Of a stretch of DNA of 64,000 nt, positions 50,096 through 59,022 are shown one piece after another; the stretch's first letter is position 1, and the number at the start of each line of letters is the position of its first letter. The notes below the pieces were generated by a model. It saw nothing but the letters and a program-made list of their open reading frames with translations. It was not told the origin of the DNA and searched no databases. The position numbers were made by a program, and so were the translations under genes. The DNA comes from a virus (Duplodnaviria > Heunggongvirae > Uroviricota > Caudoviricetes). Location: IMG/VR virus record IMGVR_UViG_3300042549_004104, positions 199,353 to 263,352 of that record; one strand, written 5' to 3'.

Positions 50096-51468
50096 TTATA
50101 CAAGGAGTAACACTCAGTAACACTATTGTATACGACTCATCGTTTAATTCTAATGGTGCATTGTTATATTTAGATGCTGGACAGACCGCTAGTTATCCAG
50201 GTTCAGGCACTACCTGGACTGATTTAAGTGGTAATGGTCGTAATGGAACATTAATAAGTGGACCAACTTATAGCAGAGCAGATGGCGGTTCTATTGTTTT
50301 TGATGGAACCAATGATTACGTTCAATGTTCAGGATCACTTACAGTAACAGAAGCCACTTTTTTAGTTTGGATGAGACGAAACGGACCCCAGGGCGATTAT
50401 GATGGCATTTTATATTCTAGAGGAGCGGCTGCCACTGGAATAGGTTTTTTTGGTATAACTAATAAAATTTCATATACTTGGAACAATGCCGTTAATACCT
50501 ATTCCTGGGATAGTGGATTGACAATACCAGATTTGACATGGTGTATGGTTGCAGTTTCCGTTACCAGTACAACAGCAACAGCATATCTGTGTCAATCCAG
50601 TGGAATCACTTCTGCCACCAATACTGTATCTCATACCAGCACCACCCTGGACGATATAAAGATTGGTCAAGATGATATTGTCAGTAGATATTTCAATGGT
50701 AGGATAGCCACAGCAGTGATCTATAATCGTGCCCTGTCGGCTGATGAAATCACGCAAAACTTCAACACACTACGTGGTAGAGTTGATACTGCGGTGACCA
50801 CTAACTTGGTTGCTTACTACAATCCCGACTTAACAACCAGTTACCCAGGATCAGGCACCACATTATTTGATATTTCCGGTAACGACCTAAACGGCACAAT
50901 GAGCAACATCACTTACACTGATCCTTACTTTACCTACAACGGCACAAGCAGCCAGGTCAATATCGCTGACAATGCACTACTAGAACCCGGTGCAGGTGAC
51001 TGGACCATGGAAGCATGGTTCAATACCACTGCATTTAAAACAGGCAGTGCTGGTACAATATTAGGCAAATTTGATCCAGGTGGTGCGTCACAAGATGTGT
51101 CATATAGTATTAGAACTAACAACACCGGTATTGTGTATGCTCAAATTGGCAATGGCACAACAGTTGTAAACAGTCCAAACTACCAAACTGTACTGAGTAC
51201 TTGGGTACAAGTAGTTTATGTTTGGAAAAATGTAGCATCTAACAGTTTAGAAGCCTATATAAATGGCGTAAGCATAGGATCAACAGCACACAGTTTTTCA
51301 AGCATACTCAATACGTCAGCAAACTTGTATATAGGGTCATACAACGGTGGGGAATACCTGCAATATTTTGATGGCAGAATAGGTATAACTAGACTGTACA
51401 ATGCCGCACTCACAGCCGAACAAGTACTACAGAACTACAATGCAAATAGGTCAGTATACGGATTATAA
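50092..51468 (+). CDS. Tandem LamG/concanavalin-A-like lectin domain protein
   Basis: Two SYPGSGTT..D.SGN..NGT units, each ending F.GRI....YN.AL....I.QN. Confidence 0.8.
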   Translation: MIIQGVTLSNTIVYDSSFNSNGALLYLDAGQTASYPGSGTTWTDLSGNGRNGTLISGPTYSRADGGSIVFDGTNDYVQCSGSLTVTEATFLVWMRRNGPQGDYDGILYSRGAAATGIGFFGITNKISYTWNNAVNTYSWDSGLTIPDLTWCMVAVSVTSTTATAYLCQSSGITSATNTVSHTSTTLDDIKIGQDDIVSRYFNGRIATAVIYNRALSADEITQNFNTLRGRVDTAVTTNLVAYYNPDLTTSYPGSGTTLFDISGNDLNGTMSNITYTDPYFTYNGTSSQVNIADNALLEPGAGDWTMEAWFNTTAFKTGSAGTILGKFDPGGASQDVSYSIRTNNTGIVYAQIGNGTTVVNSPNYQTVLSTWVQVVYVWKNVASNSLEAYINGVSIGSTAHSFSSILNTSANLYIGSYNGGEYLQYFDGRIGITRLYNAALTAEQVLQNYNANRSVYGL

Positions 51469-51513
51469 TATTGTATAAATTATTACCAAACTAGCAACAA
51501 TCTAAATATCTAT

Positions 51514-52197
51514 ATGATTAAATATAGACCGGCAAATACACGTAAACACATGGATGCAGGATGGATTGAGACATATCGTTCATTTAGTAATAACAGTTAT
51601 TGGGATCCTAACTATGTCAATTACTCTATATTAGAAGTAATTAATGATGATAGAGTTCAACCGCATAATTTTGTCCCTATTCATCAACACATGGATATGG
51701 AAATATTAGGATATGTTATTGATGGCCCATGCTATCATAATGACAATCTACGTAATATCTTGCAAGTACCAACAGGGGCTGTGCAACGTATGACCGCAGG
51801 GTCTGGGATTTGGCATCTTGAGGGTAATAATTCAGATAAACCTATTCGCTATTTGCAAATATGGTTACGTCCTAACAAGATGGGGATACAGCCAAAATAT
51901 GATGTATATCAGTTTGATCCAGAGGACAAACTAGATAAGTTTGCGGCTATCGCTAGTCAGAAAGGTAGCCCTGTTACTATTCAAAGTGATGCTATAGTAA
52001 CAGCGGGAATGTTCACAGAACCTCATACTGAAAATCTAGATCCTAGTCGCAAGTATTATCTGTACATGATCTCCGGAACAGCTACAATTAATGATAGTGA
52101 ATCAGTTGAGGGTGACGCATATATGTTTGAACAAGAGAAATTCCTAGAAATATCCAATCCCATCAACAGTGAAATGATACTTTTTAATTTACCGTGA
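51514..52197 (+). CDS. Pirin family cupin (YhhW-like)
   Basis: INDDRV, HQHMDMEILGYV, QRMTAGSGIWHLE and LQIW motifs. Confidence 0.88.
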   Translation: MIKYRPANTRKHMDAGWIETYRSFSNNSYWDPNYVNYSILEVINDDRVQPHNFVPIHQHMDMEILGYVIDGPCYHNDNLRNILQVPTGAVQRMTAGSGIWHLEGNNSDKPIRYLQIWLRPNKMGIQPKYDVYQFDPEDKLDKFAAIASQKGSPVTIQSDAIVTAGMFTEPHTENLDPSRKYYLYMISGTATINDSESVEGDAYMFEQEKFLEISNPINSEMILFNLP

Positions 52198-52242
52198 TAA
52201 ACTTTAAAAAGCGATAAATACATGATACATGGAATTCGTCTT

Positions 52243-54669
52243 ATGAAAATCAACACGCTTTTAGAATATACATCACCTAGCAGTCAGCCTAACCAAGCCG
52301 GGGGACAAGCCCCTGAGTTCGGCCGTGATCCTAACGTATTAGAAACTACTACTGGATCAGGTAGTGTTGCTACTGTTAGTAATCCAGTCGGTGGAATGCA
52401 AAGACGCAATAGTAAAGGTAGTATGTTTCAAGGTATCAAAACAAGCAAGAAGTTCGTTAACAGTCCGGTCACGGAAGATGAAATCAGTGAAGAACAACTA
52501 TTAACAAAAGAATTACGCAAAGAACTATTCAAAAGAGCTAAAGACCGTGACATAGGTAACAGACCAGAAAACCATGATATCATGTCAAAAGAATCAGATC
52601 CAGAATATGATGACGAAGCTGGTATGGCCACAACAAACTTACATACTGCATTAAGAGCAGTTGAAGGATTAAACAAAGTTATAGGTCCTAATGAGAATCT
52701 TCCTGAATGGGTACAAGAGAAAATTGCAATCGCAAATGATTACTTAGTTACATGCTGGGACTATATGATTAGTCAACATGAGCAAGGTCGTAAGTATGAA
52801 GTAGATGAAAATCAAGATTGGATGAAAGATATAGCAGCCATGGCTCATAAAATGGCTCCACAAGATAAAATGCGTGAGAGACAGGCACAACGTGACGCAC
52901 AAGCAAAAGCTGAACAACAACAAAGATTGCAACAAGATGTTGAAAATCTACCAGACTTAATATCACAATATAATGACATGGAAGCTGAGTATGAGTCAAT
53001 GGGCGGTAGTAATTGGCAGTATGCTGACCGTGAACAAAATCTAAGTGATAAAGAACGTAAAGCACGTGGTATGGAAACTTCCATGAGACATTTGGCTAAT
53101 AGAATTCATGCTGCCAAGAAAGCAAGCGAAGGATTAGCAGAATCTAAACCTGATTTTGGTAAGATGTTTGACAAGAAAATTGGTAAACATAATAAAGCAG
53201 TAGTTAAAACTAAAAAAGAAATTGGCACTAGAGTTGCTGATATCGGCGCCGGTGGCAAAGAATATAATGTTAAAACTGATAAAGAGTGGGACAAACAACA
53301 AGGTGTGGCGGAAGGCTCTGAATCAAGCGACAATCTAGTATCAACACTAAATTCGTTTGGGTACTACTCTGATAACGGCGATATTTATGTAAATGATAGT
53401 GGTGATAAGATTGCCCGTCAGGGTTCTAACTGGAAACATCAAAGTGGTAAACGTGGTATTGGCGCTGAAGAATTGGGTGAATTTTTAGGCTCAAAGCAAG
53501 GTGTGGCGGAAGGCTATCAGTTAGATGAAGGTGCCGTTGAAACTATTACAGCATTAGTCAAGAAGATTCCTGGTATTGGCAAATATTATCAAATGGCTCA
53601 ACAATACAAGCCACAATTGATTGAAATTCTAAAGACCAGCAAGTCTGGTAAAGAAGTTAAACAAAAGATGGAACAATTGGCAGCAGGTCAGTCGGCTACG
53701 GTCGCCGAATCAGGTATGATGAAACAACTTGGTGGCTTGGCAGTAGGTGGCGGCAGCATTTTATCTACAATGTGGATGAATGCTATGGGAATGATTGATG
53801 GTGTATTGGCACACGCAGCCGCTGGTGAAGTAGGAGGCGCAGTAGCATCTGGTAGTATCCTAGGATTGATTCCTGTAACACTAATGTTATTTGCGGCAAT
53901 GTTGTTATTCAAAGGATCAAAACAAAGTAGCGATGAAAAAGCACAAGCATTTCAAGCACAACGTGGTCAACAAGGTGTGGCGGAAACAGCACCGGATTCA
54001 GATAATCGTCAATGGTCTAACAAAGATATGGAAAGGCTACGAGTCGCTACCAAAGACTTTGATGATATAATGGCCAGCGATGCTTATGGACGCAGGATCA
54101 ATCAAGACGTAACAAAACAAAGATTAAAAACTAAACCTATAGCAGGACCTAAAGGTGTATTACCCGAGCAAGGTATGGGCGAAGGCACAGAACAACCTGT
54201 GAGTTTTAGAGAAATGGTCAATGTAGTTGACCAGCATTATCCAAAATACTATGCTGAACTATCTGGCAGTGATATTTCTGATAAACAATTTGAAAGAGCC
54301 ATTGTCAATGCTTATAAGAAAATTATGCAGAAGCAAGGCATGGCGGAAGGTATGGAAGGATCAGTTGTGTTCAGTGGTACAGGTGATAATGGCGGCAAGT
54401 ATGAAATTATTCAGTCTGGTCCCAATGACTTCATGATCCACGCCAACGGTAAACACATTGATTCTTATGATAGTCTACAACGAGCCATGAGTGTGCTACA
54501 AAATGAAGTGCCAGGATTGAAGAAAACTGTAGACGAAGAAAGCAAAGGTCTATGGGCTAACATACATGCTAAACGTGAACGTATTAAACAAGGTAGTGGT
54601 GAAAAGATGCGTAAGCCAGGTAGTACAGGAGCACCAACCGCAGATGCATTAAGAAAGTCAGCAAAATGA
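52243..54669 (+). CDS. Modular polyprotein-like protein with QGVAEG junction repeats
   Basis: Likely start MKINTLLE at 52243; ATAAATA 52214-52220; about a dozen unrelated segments joined at x-x-E sites. Confidence 0.75.
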   Translation: MKINTLLEYTSPSSQPNQAGGQAPEFGRDPNVLETTTGSGSVATVSNPVGGMQRRNSKGSMFQGIKTSKKFVNSPVTEDEISEEQLLTKELRKELFKRAKDRDIGNRPENHDIMSKESDPEYDDEAGMATTNLHTALRAVEGLNKVIGPNENLPEWVQEKIAIANDYLVTCWDYMISQHEQGRKYEVDENQDWMKDIAAMAHKMAPQDKMRERQAQRDAQAKAEQQQRLQQDVENLPDLISQYNDMEAEYESMGGSNWQYADREQNLSDKERKARGMETSMRHLANRIHAAKKASEGLAESKPDFGKMFDKKIGKHNKAVVKTKKEIGTRVADIGAGGKEYNVKTDKEWDKQQGVAEGSESSDNLVSTLNSFGYYSDNGDIYVNDSGDKIARQGSNWKHQSGKRGIGAEELGEFLGSKQGVAEGYQLDEGAVETITALVKKIPGIGKYYQMAQQYKPQLIEILKTSKSGKEVKQKMEQLAAGQSATVAESGMMKQLGGLAVGGGSILSTMWMNAMGMIDGVLAHAAAGEVGGAVASGSILGLIPVTLMLFAAMLLFKGSKQSSDEKAQAFQAQRGQQGVAETAPDSDNRQWSNKDMERLRVATKDFDDIMASDAYGRRINQDVTKQRLKTKPIAGPKGVLPEQGMGEGTEQPVSFREMVNVVDQHYPKYYAELSGSDISDKQFERAIVNAYKKIMQKQGMAEGMEGSVVFSGTGDNGGKYEIIQSGPNDFMIHANGKHIDSYDSLQRAMSVLQNEVPGLKKTVDEESKGLWANIHAKRERIKQGSGEKMRKPGSTGAPTADALRKSAK
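53299..54351 (+). repeat. Dispersed in-frame direct repeats CAAGG(T/C)(G/A)TGG(CG/GC)GAA(GG)
   Basis: Copies at 53299-53317 and 53497-53515 (identical 19-mer), 53971-53985, 54169-54186 and 54334-54351; related copy at 59561-59577. Confidence 0.9.
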
Positions 54670-55109
54670 GAATAAAAGACATAGTACAAGAAAATTTAGT
54701 AGCTGGTATAGTTGGTCATGAAATTAAAAAATTTCTTGACGAACCATTTCCTAAAGATAAAAAAGACGTAGAAGAAGACTGGCAAAAAGTCAATAAAAAA
54801 GATAAGACTGATGGAATGAGTAACAAAGCAGTTAAAGCATATCGTAGAGAGAATCCCGGTAGCAAATTAAAAACTGCTGTAACTAAAAAGCCAAGTAAGT
54901 TAAAGAAGGGTTCTAAAGATGCTAACCGCCGTAAGAGTTTCTGTGCTAGAATGAGTGGCATGAAAAAATCACGTGCTAGTGCTAAAACTAAACGAGATCC
55001 AGATAGCCCAATCAATAAAGCATTACGTAGATGGAATTGCGAATCTGTAGAACAAATGCAAGAATTAGTAATGATAGCAGAGCAATATTTAAAAGAGAAT
55101 AAGCAATGA
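54666..55109 (+). CDS. Basic phage protein (RRKSFCARM family) with capsid-targeting-like start
   Basis: MRIKDIVQE start; RRKSFCARMSG...DSPINKALRRWNC motif recalled from other T4-like phages. Confidence 0.65.
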   Translation: MRIKDIVQENLVAGIVGHEIKKFLDEPFPKDKKDVEEDWQKVNKKDKTDGMSNKAVKAYRRENPGSKLKTAVTKKPSKLKKGSKDANRRKSFCARMSGMKKSRASAKTKRDPDSPINKALRRWNCESVEQMQELVMIAEQYLKENKQ

Positions 55110-56653
55110 AAATTACAGAACTACACGAAGGCGCAGAACCAAAATTACCGGGTGCAGTAAGTGGCATCAAAATCATGACACCGCAACAATTTGTTAGTCA
55201 AGCAGGTAAAGAATTAAATGAGTTTGCACCAGTTGGTGGTGATGACCGTGAGCCAGACGAAGAAGAAATTCTACGTCAACTGGCTGCACAATGGTGGAAT
55301 GGCACAGAACAACAAATGGCCAAGGCACAACGCACACTGGCAGCAATGGGCTGGGAAATTGGTCCCGATGAGTCCGGCGATGACGATGCTGGTGTGTACG
55401 TGTACCGTATAGGGGACGAGGATGGTCGTGTTACTATACCGTTTGCTCACAGTGATTTAGAATTAAATGAAGCAACCAAGCTACCAGCACAAAGTCGTGA
55501 ACTAGGTGGGCAAGAGTTCCAAGACTACATGAAGCGCATCGTAGGTACTCCTAAAATTAACAAAAAGACCGGTGAAGTTGAAAAACAAAAAGATAGAATC
55601 AATAAGAAAACAGGTGAGATTATTCCCGGTGACGAGAAATATGTTTCTGGAAAAACTAAAACTGACAAGTACAAAATGCCTTATATACATCGTAGTAGTG
55701 CAATTGAGTACTATGACGAAGCTGGTAAACGATTCAAAGAAGAAGCAGTTATTGATGCAATAAAAACTCGTCCTAAAAACCTACTAAAGCAAAACGAAAA
55801 GATGAAGCACAGTAACGGTGACTTAGAACAATTCTTTAACATTGGCTTTGCCGCATTAACCGGTGTTGCAGTTGATGAATCAACTAACAAATTAATCATT
55901 GTTAATACATGTCCGGGTGCTGGTAGTTGTAAAGTTAGCTGTTTCCAATTAGGCGGCAACAAAGTTATGTTTAAAGGACCTTGGTTAAGCGATGGTAGAA
56001 TTCTTACATTCTTATTGAATGATCCAAGTGGATTCTTTAGTACATTAAGTACGGAGATTGCAAAAGAAGAAAAACTCGGCCAAAAGGGTGGATATGCCGT
56101 ATCTATTCGTTGGCATGATGGTGGGGACTTCTTTAGTCCTGAATATCTAGATTTAGCATTGAAAATGGCAGCGCAACATCCAAATACTAAGTTCTATGCT
56201 TATACTAAAATGGCAGGTGCCGCGCTTGCACAAAAACCAAATAACTTCATTATTAACTGGAGTGAAGGGGCTCACACCAGCCAAGAAAAACAAGTTAAGG
56301 CACAAGATCCTAATTTGACAACAACAAAAAATAGTCGCATTGTACCTGAAAAATTATTCTGGGATCTATTAAAGAAAGACGAAAAGGGTAATTTAGATAA
56401 AGAAGGTGCTGATGAAAAGGGCAAGGGCGGTCGTTGGGTAACCAGAGACGATAATGCTACCCGAGAATTAAAACAGCGTTTGGCGCAAACATATGGATTA
56501 AGTTCAAATTCAATATTAAACTATGATGAGTACATGGCAAAAAGAAATTCAATTCCAGCCGGTATGAAGTACAACGTTATTGTTGCCCCAGGCGAAGGTG
56601 ATGTAAGTGCAAACGATCCTGGCGTATTATCTACATTATTATTAAGACATTAA
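55106..56653 (+). CDS. Gp88-like (radical-SAM-related) domain protein with an inserted N-terminal cassette
   Basis: MKITELHE start; TCPGAGSCKVSC, IRWHDGGDFF and FYAYTK motifs; insert bounded by ELNE codons. Confidence 0.6.
   Translation: MKITELHEGAEPKLPGAVSGIKIMTPQQFVSQAGKELNEFAPVGGDDREPDEEEILRQLAAQWWNGTEQQMAKAQRTLAAMGWEIGPDESGDDDAGVYVYRIGDEDGRVTIPFAHSDLELNEATKLPAQSRELGGQEFQDYMKRIVGTPKINKKTGEVEKQKDRINKKTGEIIPGDEKYVSGKTKTDKYKMPYIHRSSAIEYYDEAGKRFKEEAVIDAIKTRPKNLLKQNEKMKHSNGDLEQFFNIGFAALTGVAVDESTNKLIIVNTCPGAGSCKVSCFQLGGNKVMFKGPWLSDGRILTFLLNDPSGFFSTLSTEIAKEEKLGQKGGYAVSIRWHDGGDFFSPEYLDLALKMAAQHPNTKFYAYTKMAGAALAQKPNNFIINWSEGAHTSQEKQVKAQDPNLTTTKNSRIVPEKLFWDLLKKDEKGNLDKEGADEKGKGGRWVTRDDNATRELKQRLAQTYGLSSNSILNYDEYMAKRNSIPAGMKYNVIVAPGEGDVSANDPGVLSTLLLRH
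55210..55470 (+). repeat. 12 bp direct repeats AGAATTAAATGA flanking a 249 bp in-frame segment
   Basis: Copies at 55210-55221 and 55459-55470. Confidence 0.8.
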
Positions 56654-56666
56654 AGGGAGAATTAAA

Positions 56667-56786
56667 ATGAAAACTTACACATTTACTGCACTATGTAAAA
56701 GTGGTGCTTATAAAACAACAACATTCCAAGCATCAGGATATTTAAATGCAAGAGAAAAATTAACTCAGTTCATTGAAAATAATTAA
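56667..56786 (+). CDS. Small hypothetical protein (39 aa)
   Basis: SD AGGGAGA; MKTYTFTALCKSG...FIENN. Confidence 0.5.
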   Translation: MKTYTFTALCKSGAYKTTTFQASGYLNAREKLTQFIENN

Positions 56787-56840
56787 AATGAACAGAAATT
56801 TATTTGAATTCTATTCACGTTACAAGGGAAATCCACCAAA

Positions 56841-57281
56841 ATGTTATCAGACAGTTTAAAAGTATTATTGGCTTCAACAGAAGCATTTTCATTGAAGTCA
56901 CGCAACTTTCATTGGAACATTGAGGGCAGTAACTTTCCACAATATCATGAATTTTATGATTCATTATACAGTGAATCATATGGTACAGTAGATAAAATTG
57001 CTGAATATATTAGAGTGTTGGGTAACTATGCACCAGCAAGTTTGTCTCGCTATACTGAGCTATCAATCATTCAAGACCAAACAAAAATTCCACGTGCTGA
57101 ATTAATGTTTTTAGAAACTCAACAAGATATTGAAAAGATGGTTGAGCTTGTTGTTAATATGTTTGATGTTGCTACACAAGAACGTCAGCAAGGTATTGCT
57201 AATTACATGGCTGAATTACAAGACTTCTATGGTAAAAAAGCATGGATGGTTCGTAGCATTCTTAAAAAAGAACGTGAGTAA
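56841..57281 (+). CDS. dps: Dps/ferritin-like DNA protection protein
   Basis: NFHWNIEG and YHEFY...DKIAEYIR ferroxidase motifs; KAWMVRS C-terminus. Confidence 0.88.
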   Translation: MLSDSLKVLLASTEAFSLKSRNFHWNIEGSNFPQYHEFYDSLYSESYGTVDKIAEYIRVLGNYAPASLSRYTELSIIQDQTKIPRAELMFLETQQDIEKMVELVVNMFDVATQERQQGIANYMAELQDFYGKKAWMVRSILKKERE

Positions 57282-57288
57282 ACACTTT

Positions 57289-58317
57289 ATGCGCCTTGAT
57301 GAAATTTCATCCTCACTCAAAAAGTATACAGTAACTGTAAAGGTTGATGGTTCTTCCATCAAAACAACAATTCACGCTGAGTCACAAAGTCAAGCAAGAC
57401 AGTTGCTAGTAAAGTTATACGGCAAAGACAATGTTCAGTCTATCAACGAATCACTTCAACCTATACCTAAAATTACTGATGAGATGGCTCTTAAACAATT
57501 TACACCATTGGGTGATTTTGAAAAGCCAGGGCCATTTAGAGGCGTTGATAAAAGATTAATACCCCATCCAACTAATCAACTAAAGACACAAAGATTTTTA
57601 GAAAAAACTCCCTATGATTTTAGATTGTTCTTTAGTAACATTCCGGGTACAGGTCGTTATAGTGAATACGGACCTATGAAGCCTGAGGTTATTCAACAAG
57701 TATTTGGTAACCAAGCACAACAAATTATTGATGGTAGTCAAGATGCTATCACTGTTGTATTTGTCGGTAACAAAGGTGATAGCAAAGTAATGATGACACC
57801 ATGGATCATGGCACATAGATTTGGTCATGCTATTCAAGCAGGTCATCGTAATACTGGTAGTAGCAGGTCTGGTGCATGGCCTGAAGCAGAACAATATTTC
57901 TTTAATACAGTTAATCAAGTGATAGAACGATGCTATGGTAAAGTAGCAAAAGACCAATACGGTCGTCCTGCACGAAGCGGTGTGTCATGGAATCTAACAC
58001 CAGAATACAATGCATTATTTAACGCTATTGGCACACAACGTAGCAGTCGTAGTAATGAAATTAAGCGACCATATGAATTCTTGTATGAATTATTTGCACA
58101 GTATCTAGGTACAGGAACTATTACATTAAATCCACTACCAATTAACTTGGGTTATGGTCGTAAAGCATGGGGAAACCCAAGTAAGTATCTCAATTTAAAG
58201 CCAGAGTTTCGTGACGAAGATACGAGACAATATGAATCGCAAGGTATCGGTGATGATTTAACCGAGTATTTTGCAGAAGTTTTAAGAGGTTGTGTAGGTA
58301 ACATATATGTTATGTAA
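57289..58317 (+). CDS. Two-module hypothetical protein with zincin-like HRFGH motif
   Basis: Likely start MRLDEI at 57289; junctions SINES and ITDE; WIMAHRFGHAI. Confidence 0.6.
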   Translation: MRLDEISSSLKKYTVTVKVDGSSIKTTIHAESQSQARQLLVKLYGKDNVQSINESLQPIPKITDEMALKQFTPLGDFEKPGPFRGVDKRLIPHPTNQLKTQRFLEKTPYDFRLFFSNIPGTGRYSEYGPMKPEVIQQVFGNQAQQIIDGSQDAITVVFVGNKGDSKVMMTPWIMAHRFGHAIQAGHRNTGSSRSGAWPEAEQYFFNTVNQVIERCYGKVAKDQYGRPARSGVSWNLTPEYNALFNAIGTQRSSRSNEIKRPYEFLYELFAQYLGTGTITLNPLPINLGYGRKAWGNPSKYLNLKPEFRDEDTRQYESQGIGDDLTEYFAEVLRGCVGNIYVM

Positions 58318-58320
58318 TTT

Positions 58321-59022
58321 ATGATTTTATATACTTTAATAGTAACACACATTACAATCATTTGCGTCACACTTTTCTTACACAGAGGTCAAGCACATAA
58401 AGGATTAATATTTCATCCTATACTAAGTCACTTCATGCGATTTTGGTTATGGTTGACAACAGGTATGGTTACTAAGCAATGGGTAGCTATACATCGTAAA
58501 CATCACAGATATAGTGACATAGAAGGTGATCCACATAGTCCACATGTATATGGGATTATGAGAGTATTTTTTAAAGGAGCAGTACTATACCATGACGCAT
58601 CAAAAGATAAAGATATGGTTGATTCATATGGTGTTGGCACTCCTGATGATTGGATTGAGCGCAACTTATACAGTAGTCACTCCAGACTTGGCATTGGCAT
58701 TCTCTTTTTGTTCAACATCATCATCTTTGGTTGGGCTGGCGCCATAATATGGGCTATACAAATGATATGGATTCCATTCTGGGCCGCCGGAGTAATCAAC
58801 GGCATTGGACATTGGTGGGGGTATCGTAATGGTGAAACTAAAGATAAAAGTAGGAACATTAGTCCTTGGGGCATTATTATTGGTGGTGAATGTCTGCACA
58901 ATAATCATCATTTGGAACCCGCAAATCCTCGTCTTAGTCGCCGCTGGTTTGAATTTGATATAGGATGGATGTATATTAACATATTCAGTTTTTTAAGATT
59001 ATTGAAAGTAAGAACAATATGA
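58321..59022 (+). CDS. Delta-9-type fatty acid desaturase
   Basis: His boxes LHRGQAH, HRKHH and HNNHH; GDPHSP; hydrophobic segments. Confidence 0.92.
   Translation: MILYTLIVTHITIICVTLFLHRGQAHKGLIFHPILSHFMRFWLWLTTGMVTKQWVAIHRKHHRYSDIEGDPHSPHVYGIMRVFFKGAVLYHDASKDKDMVDSYGVGTPDDWIERNLYSSHSRLGIGILFLFNIIIFGWAGAIIWAIQMIWIPFWAAGVINGIGHWWGYRNGETKDKSRNISPWGIIIGGECLHNNHHLEPANPRLSRRWFEFDIGWMYINIFSFLRLLKVRTI

Noticed and set aside
43982-51468. Diversity-generating retroelement acting on the fibre or LamG genes
   Set aside because: No reverse transcriptase and no TR/VR pair differing only at adenines was seen; the 105 bp repeat copies are identical
53299-54351. QGVAEG repeats as a CRISPR array
   Set aside because: Repeats are only 15-19 bp, spacers are 165-474 bp and variable, all lie in frame inside one ORF, and there are no cas genes
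56788-56859. 23-codon ORF between the 39 aa gene and dps
   Set aside because: Very short, out of frame with dps and no SD; its AAGGGA serves as the dps ribosome-binding site
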